In this document: positions 48,297 to 62,516 of the stretch, in pieces
How positions within the stretch are numbered: the first letter of the stretch is position 1
Layout: each line of letters begins with the position of its first letter
Assembly (NCBI GenBank): GCA_965287045.1
Contig: OZ336884.1
Span: 75,578,001 to 75,642,000 of the forward strand
Source: Carcharhinus amblyrhynchos
Taxonomy: Eukaryota
Length of the DNA stretch: 64,000 nt
Direction of reading: 5' to 3'
Notes under the pieces: generated by a model
The model's input: the letters and a program-made list of their open reading frames with translations, nothing else
The model's database searches: none
Told to the model about the DNA's origin: nothing
Position numbers and translations under genes: made by a program

Positions 48297-50855
48297 TAGA
48301 ATCAGTGGCACAGAGACAGGCCTTTGGTCCGAACTGGTCCATGCTAACAAATGCCCATCCATCTAAGCTAACTCCCATTTGCCTGCATTTGGCCCATATC
48401 CCTCTAAACCTAGCCATGTATCTGTCCAAATGTCTTAAAAGTTGTCAATGTCCCTGCCTTGACCACTTCCTCTGGCAGCTCATTTCACATACATACCATC
48501 CTCAAAAAAAAAGTTGCTCTTCAGGTGCCCATTAATTCTTTCCCCTCTTAACTTAAATCTATCTCCTCTAGCTCTTGATTTCCCAATCCTGGGAAAAAGA
48601 CTGAGTGCATTCATCTTATCCACTGCCTCATGATCTTGTACACCTCTATAAGATCAAGTCTCCTACAATCCAAAAGAAAAGGTCCTAGCCTGTCCAATCT
48701 CTCCCTCTAACTCAGTCCCTTAAGTCCTGGCAACATCCTTGTAAATCTTTTCTGCACTCCCTCCAGTTTAATAACATCTTTCCTCTAGCAAGGTGACCAA
48801 AACTGAACACAATACTCCAGATGCAGCCTCATCAACATCCTGTACAACTGCAACACAACTTCTCAACTTCTATACTCAGTGCTCTGAACTGACGAAGGCC
48901 AGCAGGCCAAAAACCTTCTACACTGCCCTGTGATTCCATTTTTAGAGAACCGTGCACCCGAACTCCCTCTGTTCCACGATACTTCCTAATGTCCTACTAT
49001 TCACTGTAAAGTCCCATCTTGATTCGACTTTCCAAAATGCAACATCTCACGCTTCTGTATGAAACTTCATTTGCCATTTCTTGGCCCACTTCACCAGCTG
49101 ATGATGATCCTGCTCCAATTTTTGATAATCTTCCTCACTGTCTACAATACCACCTATTTTAGTGTCATAAGAAATAGGAGCAGGAGTAGGCCATCTAGCC
49201 CCTCAAGCCTGCCGCATCATTCAGTAAGATCACGGGTTTCACTTACTCACCTGCTCCCCATAACCCTTAATTCCCTTATTGGTCAAAAATCTATCTGTGA
49301 CTTAAACACATTTGATGAGGTAGCCTCCACTGCTTCAATGGGCAGAGAATTCCAAAGATTCACTACCCTCTGGGAGAAGTTCCTCCTCAACTCTGTTCTA
49401 AATTGACTCCCCCTTATTGAGGCTGTGCCCTCTAGTTCTTGTTTCCATTCTAAGTGGAAATAATCTCTTTCCACCCTGTCTAGCCCCTTCATTATCATAT
49501 GTCTCTGTAAGGTCTCCCCTCAGCCTTCTAAACTCCAGTAAGTACAGGCCCAGTCTACTCAATCTCTCCTCCATAAGCTAACCCACTCATCTCCAGAATC
49601 AACCTGGTGAACCTTCTCTGCACTCCCTCCAAAGCTAATAAATATATCCTTTCTGAAATAAAGGAACCAAAATTGCACACAGTACTCCAGTTGCGGCCTC
49701 ACCAGTACCTTGTACAATTGCAGCAAGACCTCCCTGCTTTTATATTCCATCCCTCTCGTGATAAAGGCCAACATTCCATTTGCCTTCTTGATCACCTGCT
49801 GCACCTGCAAACTGAGTTTGTGATTCATGCACAAGGACCCCCCGGTCCCTCTGCACAGTAGCATGTTGTAATTTTTCACCATTTAAATAATAGTCCATTT
49901 TACTACTATTCTTTCCAAAGTGGATAACTTCACACTTGCCAACATTATACTCCATCTGCCAGATCCTTGTCCACTCACGTAGCCTATCCAAATCTCTCTG
50001 CAGACTTTCTGCATCCTCCATGCAATTTGCTTTCCCACTCATCTTTGTGTCGTCTGCAAATTTTGTTACCCTACACTCGGTCCCCTCCTCCAGATAGTCT
50101 ATGTACATGGTAAACAGTTGAGGCCACAGCACTGATCCCTGCGGCATGCCACTAGTCACCAAGTGCCAACCAGAAAAGCACCCATTTTTTCCAACTCTCT
50201 GCTTTCTGTTAGATAGCCAATCCTCAATCCATGCTAACACTTTACCCCCAACTCCGTGTACCTAAATCTTATGCAGCAACCTTTTGTGAGGCATCTTATC
50301 GAATGCCTTCTGGAAATCTAAAAACACCACATCCACCGGTTCCCCTCTCAATCGCACTCGTTACATCTTCATAAAAATCTAGTAAGTTCATCAAACGTGA
50401 CTTTCCCTTCATGAATCCATGCTGCGTCTGCTTGATTGAACCATTTTCCAGATGTCGTGCTATTTCTTCCTTAATGATAGATTCCAGCATTTTCCCAACT
50501 ACAGATGTTAAGCTAATCGGCCTGTAGTTACCCGCCTTTTGTCTACCTCCTTTTTTAAACATTGGAAAACAGCTAATGTAATGCCAATCAGCTGGCACCT
50601 CCCCAGAGTCCAGCGAATTTTGATAAATTACAAACTTACTGATAATGCCTTGTATATTCTCATCCAAATCATTGATATAGATAACAAACAGCAATGTGTC
50701 CAGCACTGATTCCTGAGGCACACCACTAGCCACAGGCTTCCAGTCTGACAAGCATCCTTTCACCATTACTCTGCTTCCTACCATCAAGCCAATTGTATGT
50801 CTAATTTGCCAGCTCTCCCTGGATTCCATGTGATCTAACTTTCCAGAGCAGCCTA
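48297..50855 (-). mobile_element. Older CR1 split by a second CR1 (inner element ~49166-50628)
   Basis: Outer RT reads GVPQESVLDTLLFVIYINDLDENIQGIISKF | DTKIG; inner element has NYRPISLTS, FADDTK, LEYCVQFW and its own 3' UTR. Confidence 0.9.
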
Positions 50856-50924
50856 ATATTTGGAACTCATTAATATTCTGTTCCTTCGCAACAAAGTCAA
50901 TTTCCACATGCAAGCTGACAATGG

Positions 50925-51635
50925 ACAGGTCTATCTCACCACTACCTCTTCTGACTGCTCCTCTGTTTCTAAATTGTCAAGATTGCTTATCTGACACCAG
51001 TAGAAAATTTCTTCTTAATAAATATTGGGAAGATCCAAAGCCAGACCAGATTGTTTGCAACCAGTGTCTGAATCAGAGATTAACTTTTTAACCACATTTC
51101 AATGTCATCACTAACATTGCCCAACTCTTCCCATGCCTCAGCTCATCTGCTACTGTGTTACCTCTCAACTCAACTATTCTAATACACTCTAACATCTCCT
51201 AATCATGAAGTTGGCTGCCAGGATCCTAACTTGCCCTGTTCACCCGTCACTCTGTGCTCACTAACCTATTGGCTCCTTTAAAAATTCTTATCTGTTTTGG
51301 AATCCTTCCCTGACCTTGCCCTCCCTATCTCTAAATCTCCTGCAGCTCTACAACTCTGTGACATCTACACTTCTCCAATTCTGGTCTCATAGCATCCCCA
51401 ATTTTAATTGCTCCATCACAGTTGGCTGCATTTTAAGCTGTCAGAACAGGCTAACCTTTGGAATTCCCTCCCTAAACCAAACCACTCCTCTTCTCGTTTC
51501 CCAATTCTAAGACACTGTAATTCCTACCTTTTGATGAAGCTTTTAGTCTCTGCCACGTTATTTGTCTAACACTCCTGTGAAGCATTTGGGAACATTTTAC
51601 GATGTTAAAGATGCCAAATGAATACAAAATTGTTG
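50925..51635 (+). mobile_element. L2-clade LINE 3' fragment
   Basis: Similar to 13590-14765 (AATATTGGGAAGA, CAGCTCATCTGCT, CCTGTGAAGCATTTGGGAACATTTTAC). Confidence 0.6.
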
Positions 51636-51649
51636 CTGAATGCAACCCC

Positions 51650-54600
51650 AATCAAGCATTATGACTGTACTTCGACTTTGTTTTCCTAGTTTTTTTTGAG
51701 AAAACTACTAATGCTTAGACATCCGTCTCAATTAATTCTTTAGCTTTTGGGACGAATTGTGACTGTTCTGTGAGGTGTTCTGTTTTGAACAGACCAATAG
51801 GAGGTGGGATTCCAATTCCACTACGATCAGCAAGTGGCTTTTTAAATGGGAAGAAATATCGCAGTTCATTGTTAACGTAAATTTTTATCTGGACCACATT
51901 AAAAGTGCTTGTGCTAAAGCAGAGTCTTAGGAACATTGACCATCCAGAAGCAAATTGTTGTATTATTCCTGCTAGATAAGCGACACAGAAAAACGCCCTT
52001 ACAATGCAGGCGAGCAAGCTGCAAACGATCCGCACGCATCTCCAAAATACATCCCGCAGTAAACAATTTTTTGCTGATCTACTATTTCAAATGTAGTCGA
52101 TAGAGGAAGAAGATTCCTGTAATAGTGGACATTAGCTGTTTTATAATGTTTTCTTACTATTGGACCTTGCATTTGTTGCACTAAACTTCAATCGGAATAC
52201 ACATTTGTAGGGAATTAAAGATTTGCTTCTAAATTACGCTTTGAGTTCGTTTAACCACGGTACTGTTCAAAATATTTAAACTTCGAGCGCCACATTTTTT
52301 TTGCGGATCTATATTGTGAAGATCATTTTCCTAACTTTTAATAAAAATCCACCCTATTATCAGAACCCGGTGAAAGCACTGACTGGAGTTATAAAACAAA
52401 CTTGATTTGTAGCGTCACTTTCCGTTCATTTCGTCAATGCATAAGCCTATTTGCCCACTTTGAATCTGTCAGTACAAAACACAAACTGCCACCCACTCCA
52501 ATCTGCAGTATTGTAAATGGCTTATTGTTTGTAACAAAGTACTCCGCTGAAGCGGAAGTCCCGCCCTCCTAGCGACTCCAAACACCGATTGGTTCCGCGA
52601 CGCTGTCACTGTTCTAATGTGGAGTTTTTCCAATTCTAGCTCGTCTATTGTGTGGAAGTCCAGGCTGTCAATCTCCTTACGCCGGAGTACCACTGTGTAT
52701 CAATGTAAATACTGTAGTATTATTGCTTCTATGCAATGTTGTCGAAGTTGCTTTATGTTACCTTAGCCAAGGTGTGCTGTTCTGCTTACACAAGCAGCAT
52801 AATCCGGCGATGTCAAATTAATAACAAGGTAAACCAAGAGAGGTTGCATTTTTATTCTCTCTTTTCCATAATTTTAAACAAAAACAGTTTTACCCGACTT
52901 CAAACAAATGTCATCATAAATAAACAACGTATCACATTCCCTTCTTCAGTAATTACGGAAGTTCTTACATCAGTTGCCCAGCATTCTCGATGGTATAGGA
53001 TATGCGGATCAAGAGTGGACAAAATATCTACACGAAAGTAAACAAACCGGGATATCATGTGCGACTATTTGCAATAATTTCGCACCAGTGATTTTAAAAT
53101 TAAAATTCTAATTGCGTCATTCCGTCGTTAAACTCAATTAGGATCAGTCAAGTTAATGTCCGATAAAGTGCAATTTAATCTATTCCGAAATATGCGTTAC
53201 GATCATGCGCTATTTCAGTTATACGCTATATTTTCGCCACCTAAGTTTAGAAGCTCCAAAACTAGGGTGTTTTGTCCCTGAATGATTTTTAATGCAGTGA
53301 ACAAAAGAAACAATAGTTGATAAAATTCATACAGGTACATGATTAAATACTTTATCCAGTTTTAATAGAAGAAAACAATATGGGACACTTACTGACTCGT
53401 GAACATCGATATCTCAAGTAATCCAACTCTTAACAATGTGTACTCTTTAGAATAAAGAATCTTCGCAAAAATCGCCGCTTATGCTTTACCCAACGACAAA
53501 GCTCACCCTTTTATGCAGTTTCAGCAAGCTTCAAGGAAGTTGTCCTTTTGTTCTACTATTTATAGATTGCGTCAACATTGCGAAAAGGGTAGGCGGGGCA
53601 GTCCCTGCAGGAAAGCGCACAACACACGCGACCTACGATCCAGTTGTAGTAAACCAGCAGGTCAAATTATCCCACGTGTTTGTGATAACCCATGTAACAG
53701 GAATCCATATCTCGCAACGGAAGAGGCTAGTAACAGGCAACGTTGTTTTAATTAACTGTTACTGTATCATGATCATATATTTTACCCGAAGATACATGTC
53801 TGTATTTACACATACGTGAATACCGAATGTGCATATGTTGTGAAAAGGACACATAGTAAGGACGCTTTAAATGTCCACTTTCACCCATCTTGTAGTACGC
53901 AACGTATGCCAACGTTAATTCAGGTATTACTAATATTCATTGATGGCAGTTTTCATTGGTTTGCAAGGCCATAAAAGAGAAAGCAAACAGCGCTTAATTA
54001 CGTTGTTGGAGTGTTGCTGTTGGATATAAATGTGAATTAAAATATAAAAGTTTAAATTTCTTGCAGTAGTTTGGTACAATAAATACTTACATTACTCGTA
54101 TGTATTGTTGGCAATGCGACCCTCTTGTCCCGTCGAACAATTTAATTATGGGAGCCTGCATTTGTTGATGAATACAAGAAAAAGTTGATAAATTGTATGG
54201 TTCTCATAACTCGTGAATGCCTTAGATACTTGTACATTTCATGGATGATAATGCACATATAGCCAGAGATTTCTAAGCCCTTGTCCTTGTGGCCACTTTG
54301 ACGAGTATACTATGAACCTTGGGAGTCCTATGAAGTTTATACATTCTTTCAGTAATCTGCATGTACAGTATTTAAAATTGCATTTCTAACCTACAATTTA
54401 ACCATCATTGAGGTAACAATGCTTAACAAAAAACAATAATTTGTATTTTTTTTACCTGCACGAAATATGAGATATAAGCACCAGTAGGAATGAGTTGCTT
54501 GAATATTCGAGCTACTTGCGACTCTCTACTGTTCAGTATGGAGATTGCATAGTATGGTACAAAGTCGTAATTACTGTTCAGGAAGCAGAGATTTGACAGC
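51650..54600. promoter_or_regulatory. Second CpG-retaining island; housekeeping-type promoter core at ~52410-52610
   Basis: ETS/GABP-like GCGGAAGT 52552-52559, GC box CCCGCCC 52560-52566, CCAAT boxes at ~52498 and 52588 (reverse), abundant CpG. Confidence 0.7.
52736..52828 (+). CDS. Candidate first coding exon of an unidentified plus-strand gene
   Basis: ATG with purine at -3 downstream of the promoter core; MLSKLLYVTLAKVCCSAYTSSIIRRCQINNK, then AAG|gtaaac; basic with no acidic residues; could instead be UTR or lncRNA. Confidence 0.25.
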
Positions 54601-54977
54601 AGCAAGAGCATTGATTTTTTGACAAACAAATGGAAAAATATTTGACACACAGTTTTACATAAATACTGCATTCTTTGACATATTTCTGGAGCCCATAAGG
54701 TGCAAATTTAAAGGGTTGCTGATGAGCACTGCATAATGAAAGCACTGACATGCACAACATCATCGTCACACACCATAGCACTGCAGCATCATGTGCCCAG
54801 TTGCTGAGACTGGGAGAAACAGTAGTGATTTGTGTTGGATAATGCCTTCATAGGAAAATGCATTTTAAATGCACAGAAACTTGCCCTGGGAGCTGTCTTC
54901 TGATTCTTCGAGCCAGATATGCTTTGTGAAGGGAATCATTTATCACAAGGATTGTTGAAAATCATTGAATTTATTGC

Positions 54978-55925
54978 AACAATAACAACTTGTATTTATA
55001 TAGCACCTTTAATGTCATAAATATCCTGAGGCATTTCACAGGAGCATTTTAAAATAAATGAGCCATATGAAGTGATGTTAGATCAGATGACCAAATTCTT
55101 GGTAAAGGGTAGGTTTTAAGAAGTGCGTTAAAGGAGTAAAATGAGGTCAAGCAGAGAGGGAGGGGATTCCAGAGCTTGGTGATTACGCAACTGAAACAGC
55201 GGCCATCAATGGTGGAGAATTATTGTTTAGTTTATTTATTAGTGTCACAAGTAGGCTTACATTAACACTGCAATGAAATTAATGTGAATATCCCCTAGTC
55301 ACCAGGGAATGCACAATAATTAGAGGAGCATCAATAACTTGGAGGGTTGAGGAGTTGGAGCAGATTACAGAGACAAGTCTATGAAAGGATTTGAAAAAAA
55401 CTGATAAGCATTTTAAAAGCAAGTCTGTGCTTGACTGATGGTAAAGGCCCCAGATGACTGTAGGCTGCTTTCCTCTTTGATTTAACCTGAGGTGAGGGGC
55501 AAGGTTGAGATAGTGGGCCTTCGTGAATAACCTCAGTCATCCAGCGAACTGAGCTAACTGACCCTCAGGAACGATAGAGGAATAGGACTTGCTGTAAGTT
55601 AAGAAATGGATAGTATAGTTTTGAATGACCTCAAGTTTACGGAAGGCAGAATGGGGAAGACTTGTCAGGAGTGCATTGCAATAGCTCTGTCCAGAAATAA
55701 TAACGGATGAGGGTTTCAGCAGCAGATAGGCTGAGACAGGGATGAAGTTGGGCGATGTTACAGATGTGGAATAGGGAAATAGAAGTTCATAGTGAAGGCA
55801 CAAATATGAGATTGGAAGTTTATCTGGCGATTGAATGTGACACCAAGGTTGCAAATCTCAGACTGTTATCAGACAAAGGGATGGAGTTCGTAGTTAGGAA
55901 ACGGAGTTTGGAGCAGGGATCAAAG
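54978..55925 (-). mobile_element. L2-clade LINE 3' fragment with small SINE inserts
   Basis: CAACAATAACAACTTGTATTTATATAGCACCTTT tail; minus strand AYLLLKPSS / YCNALLTSLP..KLEVIQN. Confidence 0.7.
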
Positions 55926-58900
55926 GTAAAACTAAGTCATCAATGGTCTTACTTTTAATTCACCAGTGTCTTAAATAATGCTGCATTTTGAGATTTATTT
56001 CATGTGAAATAAATCCAGCAAGGCTCTATTACTTGTTTAGCATATACAGGATGCACAGCAAAACTCAGTAGTTTGCCAAAATCCAGGCTTGTGACCTATG
56101 TAAGCCCAACCACTGAGTCCTATCATTTTATACTATGCACTTTAGAGTTGCATTTGAATGTTTATTGTTTGTAACTGCATATTCTTCTGCACGACAGTAT
56201 TTCTTTTGCCCACAACTGGCATTACTGTCCGTGAGTACAAGCTTTGTTTGAAGCAATGTGTAAAATACCACAGTAGAAAATTTAGAGAAGATCAGAGACA
56301 AAAGATCTTGTGGAAGAGCTGGGGGGGAAGGGATCATAGAAAAATTAGACAAAACAAAAAGAAGTAATGATGGATAACAACATAAAATAACCTTTTGAGG
56401 GGAATGAAGACAGATTGGAGAAGGAGTGTATGAAAGAAATAAAGCAAGGATAAAATAATAAAGCAAGATTGAAAGGTAATATATAGATGGTGGAATTTTA
56501 TCTGTGGCATGTTGTTCCTGATAGCAAAACTGGAAATGTGTGCCACGTTGCTCTGTTACATTTTCCTGTTTCCCATACAGTTACCATTAACATTTAAAGT
56601 GCCAGTGGCATGCAGGCAAAACATGTGCGTTTCTGGCGGCGGGGGGGAGGGGCTTTTCAGTGGTGAAACTTGCCCTCCATGGACAATAGTGTAGCTATTG
56701 GTGGGCTGTAAAAGAGTCTTTTGGTCAAATAGGCAGCAGGCTCTGCACCACAGCCAAAACCTTCCTGCCCAGCCCACAATGGTGGTATGGATGTTTTTTT
56801 CAAATTTAAATTTTGCTTGTAAATATCTCACATTACATTGGTTTCATTTTATTAATGTGTGCACCGTTGTTATTTGTTGAAACCAGCTTAGCCAGAGACC
56901 TAAATGTAGTATCATCCCCCCAGTTGGTACACATTGATGGTTACAGGGGGGTTAGGGACTTTTCCTTTATTGTGGAAGAAACAATATTGCATTTTTTGTT
57001 CAGTTTATTGAATGGCTCATGTTAAAGATTTCATTGTTGTACTCGTCACTCTGTGGGACGTTGCTGAACTTACATGCTCAGTTGGCTGTCCCTTCTATGC
57101 AATGTAAAAGACATTGTCCCAAATCACCTTCAGCAGAGATAATTGAAATCAAAAGCCTGTTAGGACTCTTAGTCAGCCAACACCCTGAGATGGACCTTTA
57201 TTTGGACAGTACTGACACCATTTTTAAGGCCTTCATTTTCTTATCTTGGTTGACTGTCACCATCACCCTCCTAACACAGCCAGAATGCTAAGCCCTTTCC
57301 ACTTCATTCCTTCATGCCCCCGACCTATGCTCTGTTGTCCTTTGAATCCCTCTTCCATTCCCCACTCCATACCACCCCTCACCATTCTTGTTGGTACTGA
57401 GCCTCCATGTAAGCCCCCATTCTCCTGCTCCCCTCCCTCTTTTGTAGAGTTCAACAAGGAAAACCACTGACCTCGCAACTAATTAGTGCACGCCCCATTT
57501 AAACCAATACAAATCGGGTGCAATAAGATTCTAATGCACTGCTGATTTAGCTTGAAGATGAGATTTTATTTTTAAACGTTTTACCTTAATGAGTATTCAT
57601 TGAATGCAAATCTGTTGCAAGGATGAACCTGCCACCGGATGGCATAAGGCCTGATACACCACCACATGCAATGTCTCCTACCCTGCAGGCTCCTTAAAAT
57701 CCCCCACAATTTCTAAATATATATGTGATATCAGCTGTAGCTCAATTGATAGTATTCTTGTCATAAGCTTCAGGTTCAAGACCCATGTAGGGACTTGAGT
57801 GGTAACCATAGTGTGAAAGCTTTCAGGCTCATTTTGTTATTCGTTATTTGTATTTGTGATTATAGTAGCTGTGAATAGTATTTACACATTTTTATTTCTG
57901 CCAACAGGATTTGGGACAACAATAAGAATGTATAATAATCTTTTCTGTAAACTATATAATTGTTTTGCAGCCAGGATAATATTAAAGATGATATCTTCTG
58001 GTGGTGTAGTGCAGACAAGAGAAATAACAGCCAGCAGCAAATCATAATGTAAGCAAAAGTCTGATAAATTTGAAAATCAGTTTTTATATTTATTACAGAA
58101 ATCACTGAACATGAGAAAGGTAACACAAATGCAGAGCTTCTCTGCAACTAAGTCAGAAACTTAAACATATTAAAAGTGGATATATATTGCTGCAAAAAAA
58201 ATTACAAAAAGAGTTTTCACCATCAACATATATTAGGATTATAGTTTCATTTTATTTCAGTACAACTTTATTTAAGAAGGTTTTAAATCAAGTATAATGC
58301 CCTTTACTTTGTCAACCAATTAAGTTTTAGATGACAGAACATTAAGAATCTTCCCATTATTTCTCCTAATATCAAAAAATGACAAAGTATTAGGATCTGA
58401 GTGAAAACCGGCCTGTTTCTCTCCAGTGAAACAGGCAGGTTTTCTCTTGGGATCTTATGGCACTTCATCAAAAAAAAAAGCAGGGGAGCATGTTTCACGG
58501 CATCTTTGGAGTCGTGTCTAAAGATGCCAGAAAGCCTGGCTCCATAGAGACCCCGTGCAGAATAAAAAAGTAACCATCTATGTCAGCTCTCCCCTCATCC
58601 CCCAAACAGTGATTCACCCTCCACAACCTGTGATCATCACTAGCACCTCCCTCCCCTGCCTCTCATCCCCACTAGTTTCTTTCCCCCACTTCATTGCATG
58701 CTCTCTCTCCCCCCCAATTACACATACATGACCACCCCACCTCATGAGGTTCCCACCAGGGTCTGCCCCTGATATTGTCCCTAGCACAGGTTGGGCCAGG
58801 GTCAGTGCCCAGGCATGTTCCTCTTCTCAGGGCTATACACACCTTTGCACCACTGGATGAATGCAATTTATTAAAATAAAATTCTCACCTGTTGTGGACC

Positions 58901-59129
58901 TGAACCTCACAATGTCACCAGCGAGGAGTGGGGAAAATCGAGAACATGATCTCTCCAGAGAGAATTGCGTTTCCTGATTCTCGCCAGACTTTCAGCCCAT
59001 GTCGCTGTTCTCTCTGATGGGAAATGTGGGCTGAAAATTGCCCCCAAGAGGTAATATTTCAGCTAGTTTGATTTCTAAATGATTGTTGGTGATGTGATAC
59101 ATAAATATGCAAAAGAACAGAAAAGACGA

Positions 59130-59265
59130 GGGGGTAAATTTTCTGCTCCTGCCCACCGTGGGAATTGTAGTAGGCAGGACAGAAAAGTTGGCAGACCATT
59201 TAAAAGGTCGATTGACCTCAGGTGGGAATTTCTGGTCTTGGAGTGTGCGGCCGGAAAATCCCACC
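59130..59265. mobile_element. Short MITE-like repeat
   Basis: Ends GGGGTAAATTTTCTG / CCGGAAAATCCCACC form imperfect TIRs; similar GC-rich ends near 6280-6295 and 59028-59046. Confidence 0.45.
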
Positions 59266-59422
59266 TAAGATCATTGTAAGAATGCAACACACATTGGACA
59301 TGAAGTAACAAACTTTTTAAGACGCACACGGCTATAGATAAATGTTTAATATTTTAGTTCTTCATTACTCGTAAATACAATGTGCAAAGAGACAAATATT
59401 TATAATTGTTGCGTACTTCACT

Positions 59423-60966
59423 CATTTCTATATAGAGTACCATTCTTAACTTAAGGTGCAATTGAATACTACTTGTACTGTTAAAGAGGAGGTCTGTGGC
59501 GCAGTGGCTGATGTCCCTGCTCCTAAGCCAGAAGCTCTGGATTCAAATCTCTCTCCATTACTTGATGGTCAAAGTAGATGAGTCCATAATGAGACCAGGT
59601 TGAATATCAACCTGTACATCTTTTTAAGGTGCCAATGGCAGGGGGTAAAAGTACCTACTACTGCTCGGATTAATGAATTCTCTGTTCTTTGGCTATGTTT
59701 TTCCTGAGAGATTGATTGCTATGAATTAACTCATGACAACTACACTTTTGAATCCTTCCAATATTTGTGTACGTTATTTTACAAAACCTAGGTCTTTTAG
59801 TTTGGTTGCTCATTATTGTTTACATTTATTTAAAGCTTAACTTTTCTCTGCACATTGATGGAGAAGAATAATTGCTTAAAATTGCTACCAAACTAGTACA
59901 TTAATATTCACTGTTGGCTGAAGTTTTATTTTGGTACAGTTAGTCAGTTTGTAAATATAACTGCAAGTTGGAACACTGGTAAAGTTTTCTTTCTTATGTA
60001 TGTTGGAAAGTGAGAATTTCAGAACAGAGCTATCTTAAATTGTTAAAAGATGGTATTAATTCTGTGCAATTATGTGGTTGTACATTCTTCATATATTGCT
60101 CACATGATGAATCCTGAACGTAACCAGGCCGGTGGGGAGAGGTGGTGCAGCATTTCTATACATGGAAAAAGAGGGAAATAGGTGATGGTCTGGGGGACTA
60201 CAGAGTTGTCTGCTGAAAGTGCTGGTCAATCTTCCCACTCTGTAAACTGCTACACATTGAAGGATTGAATTAAGAAAAACTATTTTAAAATGGCTATTAT
60301 GTCGATTGGATTTTATAACTGTGACTTCATACAGTTGACTGAGCTTCATGAGCTGTTATTAGCATTGCATCTGTTCTTGTATTCATTCAGTTCTCTGTCC
60401 CGAGGGAGGTCTGACCCACAGCGCCACTATCTCCACCATGGGTAGAGTAAGTAGGCAGGTCCCAAATCAACCCTGTGGGAATGGGGAAGATCAAAACCCA
60501 ATACTGTTGGCTCCAATCTGATCCACATCAGTCCTTCAGCTAATTAAGCCAATTGGAACGAAGGAATTCTGAGTCCCAGTTACGGCAACACGCACTTTTC
60601 TATGCATGTTTAGTCTGGAGCTATGGATAGTGATAATAGAGACTCCAATTTTCTTTCCATCATGTGGCTGACCAGGAATCTCTCCTGCTCTCACTGTTTG
60701 CCATTGGCATGTATTGAAGGGATTTGAAGGTTGATATAGAACCAGTTTTGCCATGTTATGAAAGCATCTTCCTTGACCATCAAGGTCCTGGTGTGGGACA
60801 TAAACCTGGAGCTCCTGGCTCAGAGATGAGATCATGAGCCACTGTGCTACAAGACCATGTCTTTAACAGAACTAAAGGTGTTCAATTGCACTTTAGTTCA
60901 GAAGTGTAGTCTAATAGTGTTCAATTGCACCTTAGTTAAGAAATGTTGTTTATCTATATAGAAATG
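59423..60966. repeat. Inverted repeat pair (59423-59640 vs 60699-60966), each arm made of unique-looking flank plus a SINE 5' part
   Basis: Both arms read CATTTCTATATAGA..TTCTTAACT(T)AAGGTGCAATTGAA..CTGTTAAAGA then GGTCT..GCAGTGGCT..AGCCAG(A/G)AGCTC..CTTGATGGTCAA..TATCAACCT..TGCCAATGGCA. Confidence 0.75.
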
Positions 60967-62516
60967 TATGATACACAATAAAACTTCACAAATTTGTGTT
61001 AAATATACTGTATAAATTCAGATTGTCTCAGTGATGGTAGGTGTATAGTCATAAAAAATATAGTTGTAAACTAGGAACATTGAAACCAGCAGATTATGAT
61101 AATTGTATTCAGAAAACTAATATTTGCTAATCCTGGTACTTGTACCATTATCAGTTCTAAGTTTAGTGATGCGTGTTTCAGAACTATAACTTCTCCAATG
61201 TAGAATGCATGGGACCAAGTAATTTCTGTATTTAATATTCTGGATGAGGGAATGATGTCAAATTCAAGTACACAAACAATAAAGCACCGTAGATATATTT
61301 GCTGGTGGAAGGAAATCTGTAAAATTCCTTGGGTGGCCTTCTAACTCCCACCCATCCACTCCTGGCATGACTGCAATTTTAGAGAACTGGTAAAGCCTAT
61401 GGTGGCTTGCTTGCCCTTACTGCAGTTGAGGCCTTTAAGTGGTCAATTAATGGTTGCAATTTTGAGGGTGGCAAGAGGGGAAAGCCCAACAATTTAGTTT
61501 TCATGAATATCAGGTGGGAATGGAGAGGAATGCCTCCTTTATTGGCCCCTTTTTCCAACAGGTATACCCTGACAACCTCTAATTGTTTCCTCTCTCCCGA
61601 CCTTTCCATCATGAGCCCCACTTCCCCCTGACTGCTGAGCTTTCTTTACTGTCCCCATCATGAGATCTCTATACTTAGCTCCCAAATTCCAAATGCCAGG
61701 AACCAGGGTGGAGGTAAGTGTGGACGCAGCAGTGGCCACTGCTCATGCACTATTCCACCACCTCCTCCACCACCACCACTCACACACCACCCCCTCCCCC
61801 CCCACTAACCTCTGGTGATGCTAGATTGGCTGTCAGTTCTCTAAGACAAGACTTACTTCTGAATGAGCGCTGAAAGTCCCAATTCTGCACTCCACATAGT
61901 GACTAGAGCTGTTCTGTTTATGGATTTTGTGATGGAGTTAGAAGTGGGCTATGACATCGAGGGACTCTAGTTGGAGACTGTGGAGGGAAGATCTGCAAAG
62001 AAGGTGAGGCCAGTGACAGTCCTAAACACAATGTTCAATGGTGGCGGATCATAGTCTAAGGAGAGGTTGGAGGAAGTGTTGGAGAGTTGGCATTCTGCAA
62101 GTTTGCAGAGATGGTAAGAAGCCAAAAGAAGAGTTCCAGGGACAGGAGGAATATTGAAAATGGGTAAAAAGGCTCTGAGCTGGGGTAAGACACTCGGCTA
62201 AAATGATGGAAGATGAGCTCAGCCTCATGCTAAATTCTAAACTCAGAGAGGTGGGGTTGTGAAAGAATGAATCAGAGGTCTTTGCTGAGGACAGACTGTC
62301 TGGAGGGAAAGGTCAGATGATATTGTGAATACACAGCACAATGAAAGTTGAAGAAGAGAAGGAATCAGAGCGGAGGAAAGGAGGGGAGTGTTTGTACCTT
62401 GAGTTAGTGAAACTTGTGATCCTTCACACCTGAAAGGAAGAAAAATGTTTTTTGTTAAAATGCCAAATAAGGCAAGGGATGAACTGAAAATATGGATCAG
62501 AATAGTTTTGAGGTGA

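Noticed and set aside
54582-54700. Possible plus-strand exon after ttcag
   Set aside because: Stops in all three frames and only a weak donor
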